From an uncultured bacterium (GTDB lineage Bacteria > Patescibacteriota > Minisyncoccia > Phycocordibacterales > GWA1-40-21): a stretch of 64,000 nt of DNA. Shown in pieces: positions 36,158-45,243 of the stretch. Numbering within the stretch: the first letter of the stretch is position 1; every line of letters begins with the position of its first letter. Made by a program: the position numbers and the translations under genes. Under the pieces are notes generated by a model, which did not search any database, was not told the origin of the DNA, and saw nothing but the letters and a program-made list of their open reading frames with translations. Location of the stretch: contig CAIKXY010000002.1 of the NCBI GenBank assembly GCA_903831595.1, forward strand, positions 28,339 through 92,338, written 5' to 3'.

Positions 36158-39100
36158 TTGATTATTACTTATAATGTATATGTGAATTTACTCAAAACAA
36201 AAATTAAGTTGCCAGTCTTTGTTCTCATCTGTGTTTTATTTGTTTTAGCGATTACTCTAGTCATTTCTAACCCAAAATTTAATTGGAAATGTGTTTTTGG
36301 TGGGAACAATTTTGCCACGGCATATATTCCACCAGTTAACCCGTCGGGGTTTACTGTTATAAAAGAATCTGGATCAGCTTTTGTTCCAGCAACTACGACA
36401 AATAATTTTGCATTTAAGATCTATTCTTATAAAAATACTCAATATGGTAGGGTTTATTCAAATAATTATAGTAGTGGGGATGTAACAGCTTATGGCGGAA
36501 CAATTACTGGAGTCAGTACAACAACTATTTTTGGTGGGGGTGGTTATAGTGTCGGAGATATTTTGACTGTGCAAGGGGGAAATAATGATGCAACGGTAAA
36601 AGTCTTAAGCACGTCAACTGGCGATGGCCATATAATTGGTTACAGTATTGCCTCGTCCTCCGGTTGGGTTGTGGGGCATAATTTTGATTTTAAAAGTCCA
36701 CTAGAAAATAGTGGTGGATTACCAGCCAGTTTTATTGTTGATAGTGTAAATAAAATATGGGGATCAATTTCTGGAGTTATTATTTCGGATCCTGCACATG
36801 CTGGCTATAGTTATAAAGTCGGAGATGAAATAACTGTTGATGCATGTCCATTAGGGGGGGGAGGAAAGATTGTTGTTGACTCAGTGTTTTTGGGAATAAT
36901 CAGAAGTTTATTTGTTTATGAGCCTGGTAGCAATTATAAAGTAGGGGACCAATTAACTTTACCTCAAACTAATAGTAGCAATGATGCTACAGCGGCTGTT
37001 TCATCCGTTGATGAGAATGGCGGTATTTCTGGAGTTAGTGTACAAAATGGCGGTACAGGTTATTGTAGTATAAATGCATCATATTGTCAGATAAATAATA
37101 ATCAAAAAATAATTAATCCAACTGGTGGAAGTGGAAGTGGCGCCAAATTGCTTGTCGATCAATCTGATGGCACAATTGGGGCTATTATTTCTTCTCATCC
37201 ATCTGCGACTTCGCCAGGGTCAGGATATGTTGGCTGCCAATTTTGTCCTTTTGGAAATAATATCCAAGCAACTGTATGCGCAAATACTGGTGGAATTATT
37301 ACAGCTTCTCATATGACATCTGGAGGAACTGGATTTCATGTTGGAGAATACTCATCGTCTAACACATCTTACGGAAATAACACTCCAGTAACGATTAATA
37401 TAAGCTCTGTTGATGCAATAGGTAAAGCAGATACCGTACAATTATTAAATGGTGGAACTGGTTATCAAACTGGCACTTATAGTCTTAGTGGTGGAAATAA
37501 TTCAGCAACGGTACAAGTAAATTCTGTAAACGTTGATAATTCTCCATACGAAATAAAATTAAATTGGGATGCGGTTTCAGGAGCCGATGGGTATAAAGTT
37601 GTCGTAGCGCAAGATTCAGTAAATGGATACAACAATAATTATTCTTTTGATACAGTAAACAATTCTTTTACTTATATCGGTGCAACTGCGAGTGGTACAG
37701 TAGGCACAATAACTGGAAATTGGTGGAATACCGCTGGAACGTTATTGAACAATAATGCCATTATTAATAATGGAACAACAACACTTACTGAAAATGAATA
37801 TGTTAATGATTTGACACTTGCGGTCGGTGGGACTTTAGATTTAGCTGGCCATACATTAAGTGTCGGTGGTAATTGGACAAATACCGGAGGAGTTCTTTTG
37901 AATAATGGTGGCACAATAAATTTTGTTGGAGTCAATCAAAGTATTTTTGGGGCAAATACATTTGAAAATTTAACAAAGAATTCATCCATAACCTCATCAT
38001 TATATTTTGATTCTACGGCAACGACTACAGTTACCGGGCAATTAAATTTGAATGGTGTAGCAGGAAAACTCTTAACAATTAGTAGCCAAAATGTTGATAA
38101 TGGAAGTATTGTTGCCCATTATTTGATGAATGACGCAACCAGTTCAACTATTATAGATAGTATCAACGGTTATAATGGGTTTACTTTAAGTGGAATCAAT
38201 ACCGGCAATTATTATGCGGACCATTATCCAATTTTGGGGAAGATTAATTCTTCATTCTATAGCGAGACTTATGGAGGAACATGGATTCCATATAATGATA
38301 ATTTTAATTTATCAAACACTAACTTTACAATAACCGCTTGGGTAAAACCAAATGGCGCTTCATCGATTTTAGATCAGTATGGTGGCTGGAAACTTGCAAT
38401 CGTAGCAAATCGTGTAATTGAATTCGGTTCATATCCATATATATCAGTTAATTTACCAAACTCATTTCAAAATAATCAATGGAATTTTATTTCTGTTATG
38501 TACGCGAATGGGGAATATACATTTCAAATAAATGATACCGTCTTGGATTCTGTAGCTGGTTCGTCGCCAACAAATACAAATAATAATATTAATATTGCAA
38601 ATGGTATTGGTATTGATGATTTAAGAATATTTAGAAATGCTCTCTCTCAGGATTCAATTGACTTTATCTATAATAATGGGAATGGCACAGAACTTGAATT
38701 ACCAAATAGTAGTTTTAATATTAAATTATCTGACTCAGCTGTAGCTTCTTTATCATACTTAAATGTATTTAATTCAAACAACGTGAGCACAAAGCCTCTC
38801 GTTTGCAATACTGAGTGTATTAATGGTGGAGGAAACACTAATTGGACATTACCAACGCAGAGCCGTGCAAGGAAAACTCTACAATTAAATATGTTGGCAC
38901 AGAATTCTGCAACAACTACTGTCGCTTTACATGTTATTGCCACCAGCACTGATTTGCTAATTTCTCCTGAGCAGTCTGGTACTTACTCTAAGGATACAGC
39001 AGATGGAAAAATAATTATTGATGTCCCGATAAATGCAATTCAGAGCACAACAACCTTTAGTGTAATTTCAGCAACAACAACCACGACTACAACAACATCT

Positions 39101-40660
39101 TCTTCCACAGAAATAAAACTTGCTGGGAACGAGACTTTTGATGTTGTAGCAAAAGATACTGATGGAAATAATATTCACACTTTTACTTTTCCATTAACAA
39201 TTACTATCCCAATACCAGCTGATGTGACAAGTACAGAAAATCTCGGAGTATATTATTTTGATGAAACGACAAGTCAGTGGGTTTTAGTACCGGATGCGAC
39301 ATTTTTAGATGGTAATGCGGTGTTCCAGGTTAGTCATCTAACAAAATTTGCAATATTTAGTGTTGTTAAAGAGATCACTATCCCAAAAAATAATTTGGCC
39401 ACAACAACTGAAGCAACAAGCACTATCCCAGCTCAATCAAAAAATAGAAAACAAATAATTATTTCAAATGAAGAGGCTTCAAGCTTTGAAAATATTGGTG
39501 TTAGTAGTTCAACAGAAAGTTCAGTGAGTGAGACAAACAAAACCGACATAAATTCTCAGGCATCATCTAGTTCGATTATTCAAAATTCATCAACAACTGA
39601 AAAACAAGCTGAGGTTTCAACAACTCCTTCAACTATTGCTGAATCAGTTAAACAGGCCTACGAACAGACGACAACTGCCGTAAGCGACATAGTTAGTAGT
39701 CCAACAGGAAATACGGTAACAAAGGTTGTTTCAACTGTCGGTATTGTCGCCGGTGCTTCAGCCTCAGTAGGAGCGGTTGCTTTTGCTACACCACTTTCAC
39801 TTGCTGAAATATGGCTAATTCCAGCTAGAATTTTTGGTTTATTTATCGGTGCATTGGGTGCTAGAAGAAAAAATAGACAGTGGGGGACAGTGTATGATTC
39901 AATAACGAAACGGCCACTTGATCCTGTTTATGTTTCACTTATTAACACAGAGACTGACAAAGAAGTCGCGAGCGCTATTACAGATATTGACGGCAGATAT
40001 GGTTTCTTAGTACTTCCTGGAAAATATCGAATCGTCGCAAATAAAACAAACTATACGTCACCATCTATCATTATGAAAGGTAAATCTTTTGATGAAGTTT
40101 ATAATGATTTGTATTTTGGAGAAGAGATTGTTGTTACTGATGAAAGTCAAACAATCACGAAAAATATTCCGATGGATTCCATGTCTTTTGATTGGAATGA
40201 GTTTGCAAAAACAAAAATGAATGTCAACACCTTCATGAAAGGAAAAGACATACAAAGGGCTAAAATTTCAAAAATATTATTTACGCTTGGTGCGGCTGTT
40301 TCACTTATATCTTTGATTTTTGCCCCATCGCCATACAACCTTATAATCGCTGCTTTTTACATTATCACTTACTTATTTAATTATTTTGTTTCAAACACAA
40401 AGAAATCTGGAAGTATCACAGAAAAGAATACAAATGCTCCACTTTCCTTTGCTATCGTGAAAATATTTAGAGAGGGAGAAGATACACCAGTTACAAAAAA
40501 GGTTGCTGATAAATTTGGTGCTTATTATGCTCTTGTTCCAAAAGGAAAATATTATGTTGAGATTGAAAAAAAGAATGATGATAGTACATACACCGAAGCA
40601 TTCAAATCTGAAATAATTGACGCAAACAGAGGAATAATTAACTATAATTTTAGTTTGTAA
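36158..40660 (+). CDS. Giant cell-surface protein 2 (1500 aa). It has an N-terminal TM anchor, beta-helix-like repeats, a LamG-like domain, a Ser/Thr-rich region, and a C-terminal membrane-embedded region that holds two carboxypeptidase-regulatory-like beta-sandwich domains.
   Basis: TM helix LPVFVLICVLFVLAITLVI. The segment GGTLDLAGHTLSVGGNWTNTGGVLLNNGGTINFVGVNQSIFGANTF is paralogous to gene 27553. The CNTECINGGGNTNWTL motif is shared with the first giant protein. At the C-terminus, DGRYGFLVLPGKYRIV and FGAYYALVPKGKYYVEI lie between 3-4 hydrophobic helices. Confidence 0.65.
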   Translation: MIITYNVYVNLLKTKIKLPVFVLICVLFVLAITLVISNPKFNWKCVFGGNNFATAYIPPVNPSGFTVIKESGSAFVPATTTNNFAFKIYSYKNTQYGRVYSNNYSSGDVTAYGGTITGVSTTTIFGGGGYSVGDILTVQGGNNDATVKVLSTSTGDGHIIGYSIASSSGWVVGHNFDFKSPLENSGGLPASFIVDSVNKIWGSISGVIISDPAHAGYSYKVGDEITVDACPLGGGGKIVVDSVFLGIIRSLFVYEPGSNYKVGDQLTLPQTNSSNDATAAVSSVDENGGISGVSVQNGGTGYCSINASYCQINNNQKIINPTGGSGSGAKLLVDQSDGTIGAIISSHPSATSPGSGYVGCQFCPFGNNIQATVCANTGGIITASHMTSGGTGFHVGEYSSSNTSYGNNTPVTINISSVDAIGKADTVQLLNGGTGYQTGTYSLSGGNNSATVQVNSVNVDNSPYEIKLNWDAVSGADGYKVVVAQDSVNGYNNNYSFDTVNNSFTYIGATASGTVGTITGNWWNTAGTLLNNNAIINNGTTTLTENEYVNDLTLAVGGTLDLAGHTLSVGGNWTNTGGVLLNNGGTINFVGVNQSIFGANTFENLTKNSSITSSLYFDSTATTTVTGQLNLNGVAGKLLTISSQNVDNGSIVAHYLMNDATSSTIIDSINGYNGFTLSGINTGNYYADHYPILGKINSSFYSETYGGTWIPYNDNFNLSNTNFTITAWVKPNGASSILDQYGGWKLAIVANRVIEFGSYPYISVNLPNSFQNNQWNFISVMYANGEYTFQINDTVLDSVAGSSPTNTNNNINIANGIGIDDLRIFRNALSQDSIDFIYNNGNGTELELPNSSFNIKLSDSAVASLSYLNVFNSNNVSTKPLVCNTECINGGGNTNWTLPTQSRARKTLQLNMLAQNSATTTVALHVIATSTDLLISPEQSGTYSKDTADGKIIIDVPINAIQSTTTFSVISATTTTTTTTSSSTEIKLAGNETFDVVAKDTDGNNIHTFTFPLTITIPIPADVTSTENLGVYYFDETTSQWVLVPDATFLDGNAVFQVSHLTKFAIFSVVKEITIPKNNLATTTEATSTIPAQSKNRKQIIISNEEASSFENIGVSSSTESSVSETNKTDINSQASSSSIIQNSSTTEKQAEVSTTPSTIAESVKQAYEQTTTAVSDIVSSPTGNTVTKVVSTVGIVAGASASVGAVAFATPLSLAEIWLIPARIFGLFIGALGARRKNRQWGTVYDSITKRPLDPVYVSLINTETDKEVASAITDIDGRYGFLVLPGKYRIVANKTNYTSPSIIMKGKSFDEVYNDLYFGEEIVVTDESQTITKNIPMDSMSFDWNEFAKTKMNVNTFMKGKDIQRAKISKILFTLGAAVSLISLIFAPSPYNLIIAAFYIITYLFNYFVSNTKKSGSITEKNTNAPLSFAIVKIFREGEDTPVTKKVADKFGAYYALVPKGKYYVEIEKKNDDSTYTEAFKSEIIDANRGIINYNFSL

Positions 40661-40666
40661 AATATA

Positions 40667-40700
40667 AAAGTGCGGCAGGCTATGCCTGCCGCACTTTTAT
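40667..40700 (+). terminator. Rho-independent terminator
   Basis: GTGCGGCAGG, loop CTATG, CCTGCCGCAC, then TTTT. Confidence 0.6.
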
Positions 40701-40729
40701 ATTTTTCTTTTACATAGTAGTATATAGGT

Positions 40730-41503
40730 ATGAAATATTTAGGTATTGATTATGGAGAAAAAAATGTTGGGGTTGCTATTTCTGATGTTGAAGGAAAAGT
40801 CGCATTCCCTAAAATTGTGTTGCAAAATAACCCTGAATTAGCAGAAAAGATTTTAGATATTTGTAAAGAATCAAAAATTGAGGCTATTGTTATTGGGGAA
40901 TCAAAAGATTATAAAGGAGAAGATAATAAGATTAGCCCAAAGGTAATTTCTTTTAAGAGAGAATTATTATCTTTAATAAAACTTCCAATTTCACTTGAAC
41001 CAGAATTTATGTCTTCAATGCAAGTTGAGAAGACTTTTGGAAAGACAGAAATGATTGACGCTTCTGCCGCTTCAATAATTCTTCAAACATTTATGGACAA
41101 AGAGAAAAGCAGAAAAATTGCAAAGGCAAAAAATGAAGAAGGGCTGAAAAAAAAAGACGTAAAAGTTGAGAATAAAAAAATAACTTACGATGATTTTAAA
41201 AAAGTCCAAATGAAAGTCGGAAAAATACTTTCTGCTGAAGCTGTAGTCGGTTCCGATAAGCTTTATAAGCTTTCAGTCGATTTTGCCGAAGAAAAACCAA
41301 GACAAATAGTCTCTGGTATAGCAAAATATTTTCCTGACGCAACAGAAATAGTTGGTAAAAAAGTTGCTTTTGTTACAAACCTTGAAGCACGACCACTTAT
41401 GGGACTAATAAGCGATGGAATGATACTTGCAGTAAAGTCAGATGACAAACTTGCGATTATGGAAGTTCCAGATTTTATAAAAGAGGGGACAGAATTGAGC
41501 TAA
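40730..41503 (+). CDS. Fusion of a YqgF/RuvC-like putative pre-16S rRNA nuclease (Holliday-junction-resolvase-like) with a C-terminal tRNA-binding (Myf/CsaA/EMAP-like) domain
   Basis: N-terminal LGIDYGEKNVGVAISD...IEAIVIGES, an RNase H-like YqgF. C-terminal KVGKILSAEAVVGSDKLYKLSVDFAEEKPRQIVSGIAKYF...VAFVTNLEARPLMGLISDGMILA, a tRNA_bind OB fold. A Lys-rich linker lies between them. Confidence 0.55.
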   Translation: MKYLGIDYGEKNVGVAISDVEGKVAFPKIVLQNNPELAEKILDICKESKIEAIVIGESKDYKGEDNKISPKVISFKRELLSLIKLPISLEPEFMSSMQVEKTFGKTEMIDASAASIILQTFMDKEKSRKIAKAKNEEGLKKKDVKVENKKITYDDFKKVQMKVGKILSAEAVVGSDKLYKLSVDFAEEKPRQIVSGIAKYFPDATEIVGKKVAFVTNLEARPLMGLISDGMILAVKSDDKLAIMEVPDFIKEGTELS

Positions 41504-41507
41504 AGAC

Positions 41508-42107
41508 ATGACAAATATTTTTCACATGCTTGATCCAATGATAATAATTAAGACACTTGGTCTTATTGGTGTTTTAATAATTGTTTTTGCAGAATCCGGA
41601 TTGTTTTTTGGTTTTTTCTTTCCAGGTGATTCTTTGCTTTTTACCGCAGGCTTACTTGCTTCTCAACATCTCATAAATATTGAGACCCTTGTCATAGGGG
41701 CTTTTGTTTGCGCAGTACTTGGGGATAGTGTTGGTTACTGGTTTGGGAAAAAAGTTGGGCCAAAAATTTTTACAAAAGAAGATTCAATTTTCTTTCACAA
41801 AAAACATATAGAAAGAGCCCAAAATTTTTATAATGAATATGGAAATAAAACCATATTTTTAGCCAGATTTGTGCCAATTGTTAGAACTTTTGCACCGATT
41901 GTGGCTGGAGTCGGCCAGATGAAATATCGAAATTTTTTAACTTACAATATTATTGGAGGATTTGTTTGGGCTTTCGGAATGACGCTAGGGGGATATTTTT
42001 TGGGTGAAGCAATACCAAACATAGACAAATATATACTGCCAATAATTTTGTTAATTGTCTTACTTTCAATAATGCCAATCATTATTGAAGGTTTCAAGAA
42101 AAGATAG
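41508..42107 (+). CDS. DedA-family (SNARE-associated) membrane protein
   Basis: GLFFGFFFPGDSLLFTAG...FLARFVPIVRTFAPIVAGVGQMKYRNFLTYNIIGG, the DedA signature. Confidence 0.7.
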   Translation: MTNIFHMLDPMIIIKTLGLIGVLIIVFAESGLFFGFFFPGDSLLFTAGLLASQHLINIETLVIGAFVCAVLGDSVGYWFGKKVGPKIFTKEDSIFFHKKHIERAQNFYNEYGNKTIFLARFVPIVRTFAPIVAGVGQMKYRNFLTYNIIGGFVWAFGMTLGGYFLGEAIPNIDKYILPIILLIVLLSIMPIIIEGFKKR

Positions 42108-42176
42108 TTTGTTTATTGTTTGTTACCATTGCTATTTCCGAAAGGCGTTATTTTTTGTTATAATTACGCATAGTTT

Positions 42177-43277
42177 ATGAAGGTCAATTTTTTGAAAAAA
42201 TTATTATATATACCAAATTACTTATCTTTGCCAGTTGCTGGGATAGAGGTATGTAATAAATCTATTAAATATATAGAATTTTTAGATTATAAGGGTAATA
42301 CTTCTATTAAAAAATTTGGTGAAATCGTACTAGCTCCTGATATTGTAAAAGATGGCGATATTTTGAACAGAAATGCTTTGGTAAAGGCGCTCACTGAGGT
42401 GAAAAAAAATATTTCATCAGATTTTGTTAAGGTATCTATTCCTGAAGAAAAAACTTATATTTTTGATGTTCTAATCCCTAGAGAAGCAAAAGATCATATT
42501 AGAGATGCACTTGAGTTTAGAATAGAAGAAAATGTGCCGTTGAAACTTGAAGAATCTTGTTTTGAATATGAAATAGTTGATGAAGACAGTTGTGAAAAAG
42601 ATATGGTAGTAAATGTTTCTGTAGTTTCAAAAAGGGTCATCGCAGATTTTTCTGAAGCGTTTGACCAAGCAGGTTTGTACCCTGTTTCTTATGAAATAGA
42701 GTCAAAAATGATTGCGAACTCTGTAATAGGAAAGGGAGATAAAAAAAGTACAATAATATTAAATATTAAAGACGATTCAACCACTCTTGTCGCGGTTGTT
42801 GATGGTTTTGTAAGGCTATCGTCATCTGTTTCAATAGGTGAAAACACTATAGTTGATACACTTTTTAAAACTGGTTTATTTAAAAATAGAGCGGAAATTG
42901 GTAAGTTTTTTGAAAATGATTTTTCTTTTGAAACAATATACACCAAAGAGTCCTATCTTTCTCTTGTGAATATATTTTCTATTTATAAAGATGAAGTAGA
43001 AAAATTTAATGAATACATATTAAATAAATTCCCAGGTATAAAACTATCTCCCCGTGGGAGTGTCGACAAAATAGTTTTGTGCGGGAAAAGTTCTTCATTA
43101 CCAGGATTAACAAAACACATAAATCAAAATATAAAGACGGATATAGTTTTGGCAAATACAATAAGTAATGTTTGTGATGTTAATGAATGTACCTCAAATA
43201 TAAAATTTCAAGATTCGTTGAATTTTGTAACGCCAATAGGTTTGGTGTTAGCTTCATATAGACAAGCAAATGCTTAA
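42177..43277 (+). CDS. pilM: Type IV pilus assembly protein PilM-like (actin-like ATPase fold)
   Basis: 366 aa. VAGIEVCNKSIKYIEF, and position directly upstream of PilN-like and PilO-like genes. The identity is weak, so the call is inferred mainly from length and context. Confidence 0.5.
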   Translation: MKVNFLKKLLYIPNYLSLPVAGIEVCNKSIKYIEFLDYKGNTSIKKFGEIVLAPDIVKDGDILNRNALVKALTEVKKNISSDFVKVSIPEEKTYIFDVLIPREAKDHIRDALEFRIEENVPLKLEESCFEYEIVDEDSCEKDMVVNVSVVSKRVIADFSEAFDQAGLYPVSYEIESKMIANSVIGKGDKKSTIILNIKDDSTTLVAVVDGFVRLSSSVSIGENTIVDTLFKTGLFKNRAEIGKFFENDFSFETIYTKESYLSLVNIFSIYKDEVEKFNEYILNKFPGIKLSPRGSVDKIVLCGKSSSLPGLTKHINQNIKTDIVLANTISNVCDVNECTSNIKFQDSLNFVTPIGLVLASYRQANA

Positions 43278-43812
43278 TTTTTTACAACAAAAAAATAAAA
43301 AACAAATCATCATTGAATACTTGCTAAGGGCATTTGTTTTACTGCTTTCATCCATTTTAATTATTAGTTTAGTTATCACTATTCTATTTTTACCATCTTT
43401 TTTCTTTTCTAAATATAAAAACATTAGTTTAAATAATCAATTACAATCTGTAAAAACAGAAAGTTCGTCATTAATAGACGACCCAATACTTTTAATAAAA
43501 AATACCAACAAGTTTGTTCAAATATTTGCACAAGATAACATTTCCCCCATAAAATCAACTGACATTATAAATAAAATTACCTCTTTAAAAAATAAGGATA
43601 TAAAAATATTATCAATAAATATTAGGGCTAGTGCAGACATTAACTTTGCTCGCACGATACAAATTTCTGGTGTAGCAAACACTAGGGATAGCCTAACTTT
43701 ATTTGAAAAGGCTATAAAGGATGATGGATTTTTTTATAGTGTTATTTTTCCAGTAGCAAATTTTATAAAGAGTACAGATTCTGCATTCACAGCAACTCTA
43801 ACTTTAAAATAA
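43270..43812 (+). CDS. PilN-like pilus assembly protein (single TM helix)
   Basis: 180 aa. TM helix LLLSSILIISLVITILFL. Overlaps the pilM stop codon. Confidence 0.45.
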   Translation: MLNFLQQKNKKQIIIEYLLRAFVLLLSSILIISLVITILFLPSFFFSKYKNISLNNQLQSVKTESSSLIDDPILLIKNTNKFVQIFAQDNISPIKSTDIINKITSLKNKDIKILSINIRASADINFARTIQISGVANTRDSLTLFEKAIKDDGFFYSVIFPVANFIKSTDSAFTATLTLK

Positions 43813-43813
43813 T

Positions 43814-44371
43814 ATGCCCAAAAAAGAAACAAAAAAATTATTAATTATACTCATATTCATTAACTTATTATCTATAAGTGTTTTTGTATTTTTGTATAAA
43901 TATACAAATAATATGATCAAGGAATCGATAAATGATGAAAGTGCCATAAAGTTGGAATTACAAAAACAGGATGCTAGAATTTTAATGAAAAGTGACTTGT
44001 CACAAAGCGATATGTATCAAAAAGAACTTACGGATTACTTTGTTCCAAGTGGTGGCACTGTAGATTTTATTAAAACGATTGAGAAAATAGTTTCAAATAG
44101 TAATATTAAATCTGACATTAAGACCGTTACTTCGGAAAGCAATGATAAAACCAATGTTGTTGGTGCCGAATTACTAAAAATAAATATGGATGTAATAGGG
44201 GAATGGAAAAATATTCAATTTTTTATAAACTTACTTGAAAATTATCCATTAAAAATTGAAATAAAAAGTGTTTCTCTGAATAAGTTTTCTGATAGTATGA
44301 TAAAGGGTAAAAGTGTCCCACAATGGGCGGGGAATTTTGAATTTACCGTATTGAAACTTAAAGACAAATAA
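43814..44371 (+). CDS. PilO-like pilus assembly protein (single TM helix)
   Basis: 185 aa. TM helix LLIILIFINLLSISVFVFLY, coiled-coil, then a C-terminal domain. Immediately follows PilN. Confidence 0.4.
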   Translation: MPKKETKKLLIILIFINLLSISVFVFLYKYTNNMIKESINDESAIKLELQKQDARILMKSDLSQSDMYQKELTDYFVPSGGTVDFIKTIEKIVSNSNIKSDIKTVTSESNDKTNVVGAELLKINMDVIGEWKNIQFFINLLENYPLKIEIKSVSLNKFSDSMIKGKSVPQWAGNFEFTVLKLKDK

Positions 44372-44378
44372 AAATATT

Positions 44379-44705
44379 ATGGAAAATCCTTCAAAAAATA
44401 TTAAAATTTCAAATAACACTCAAGCATCCAAAAAATTTTGGTCTAGTAAAATTATTAAACCAAAAAGAGACTGGAGGAGTATTCTTGTTATTTCAATTAC
44501 ACTTTTAATATTTGCTTTAGGTTTTGATTTTTATATTTATGAACAAATCTCGAGTGGAGAGATGTATGTTAATGTTAATAGGGCAGATCTTTCCGTACAA
44601 AGTTTAATGAAAAACGAGTTACAAAAAATACTTGACGCTTTTGAAGCGAAAAAACAAGTAATAACAACACTAAAAGTAAAAAATTTAGTTGACCCATCAA
44701 TATAA
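44379..44705 (+). CDS. Small TM protein (108 aa)
   Basis: TM helix ILVISITLLIFALGFDFYIY. Last gene of the pilMNO-strand cluster. Confidence 0.4.
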   Translation: MENPSKNIKISNNTQASKKFWSSKIIKPKRDWRSILVISITLLIFALGFDFYIYEQISSGEMYVNVNRADLSVQSLMKNELQKILDAFEAKKQVITTLKVKNLVDPSI

Positions 44706-44750
44706 AGTTGATATAGTGTTTTGGCTTAATTATTAAAAGTTTACTATCCT

Positions 44751-44822
44751 GCCCTTGTAGTTCAATGGATAGAACAGAGCTCTTCTAAGGCTTTGATGTA
44801 GGTTCGATTCCTGCCAAGGGCA
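44751..44822 (+). tRNA. tRNA-Arg (anticodon TCT)
   Basis: Acceptor GCCCTTG/CAAGGGC, D-arm GTTC-AATGGATA-GAAC, anticodon loop CTTCTAA, T-arm GTAGG-TTCGATT-CCTGC. Confidence 0.7.
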
Positions 44823-44832
44823 CAAATGACAG

Positions 44833-44862
44833 AAAAACCCGGACTGCTCCGGGTTTTTCTTT
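44833..44862 (+). terminator. Terminator after tRNA-Arg
   Basis: AAACCCGGA, loop CTGCT, CCGGGTTT, then TTCTTT. Confidence 0.5.
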
Positions 44863-45060
44863 ACATGAGTGAGACGGAGCTATGTTTTGTGAGCACGCAA
44901 AACTGGCGAGTCATGGTCGAAACTTTTTCTGAGCGACGGCGAAGAAAAAAGTTGTGACCAATATAAAACCGCTAAAAAGATAAGCGAAGTGGTCCTGCCT
45001 CGTGTATTCGTGTTTTGAGTTTGGGATGGGCCCCAAAGAAATAAGCAAGTCCAGTTTTTT
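44863..45060. repeat. GC-rich noncoding repeat (copy X), related to 53965-54130
   Basis: Shared blocks: GTGAGACGGA, CTGAGCG-NN-G-GCGAAG, and AAAAGTTGTG(A/G)CC followed by (A/G)ATAAAA. Confidence 0.35.
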
Positions 45061-45074
45061 ATTTCACAACAATT

Positions 45075-45230
45075 TTATTGTTGTGTAGTAGTTGATATTG
45101 TTGTCGCTGTTGTTGTGGTAGATGTTGTCGTTGATACAGTCTGGCTATTATTAGAATGAGTAACAATATATCCATAAACCAAAGCGATAACGATAATAAT
45201 AATTATTGATACAATAATTTTTTTTGACAT
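45075..45230 (-). CDS. Small secreted or TM Thr-rich peptide (51 aa)
   Basis: MSKKIIVSIIIIIVIALVYGYIV then TVSTTTSTTTTATTISTTTQQ. No clear RBS. Speculative. Confidence 0.25.
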   Translation of the reverse strand: MSKKIIVSIIIIIVIALVYGYIVTHSNNSQTVSTTTSTTTTATTISTTTQQ

Positions 45231-45243
45231 AATCATTTATAAT

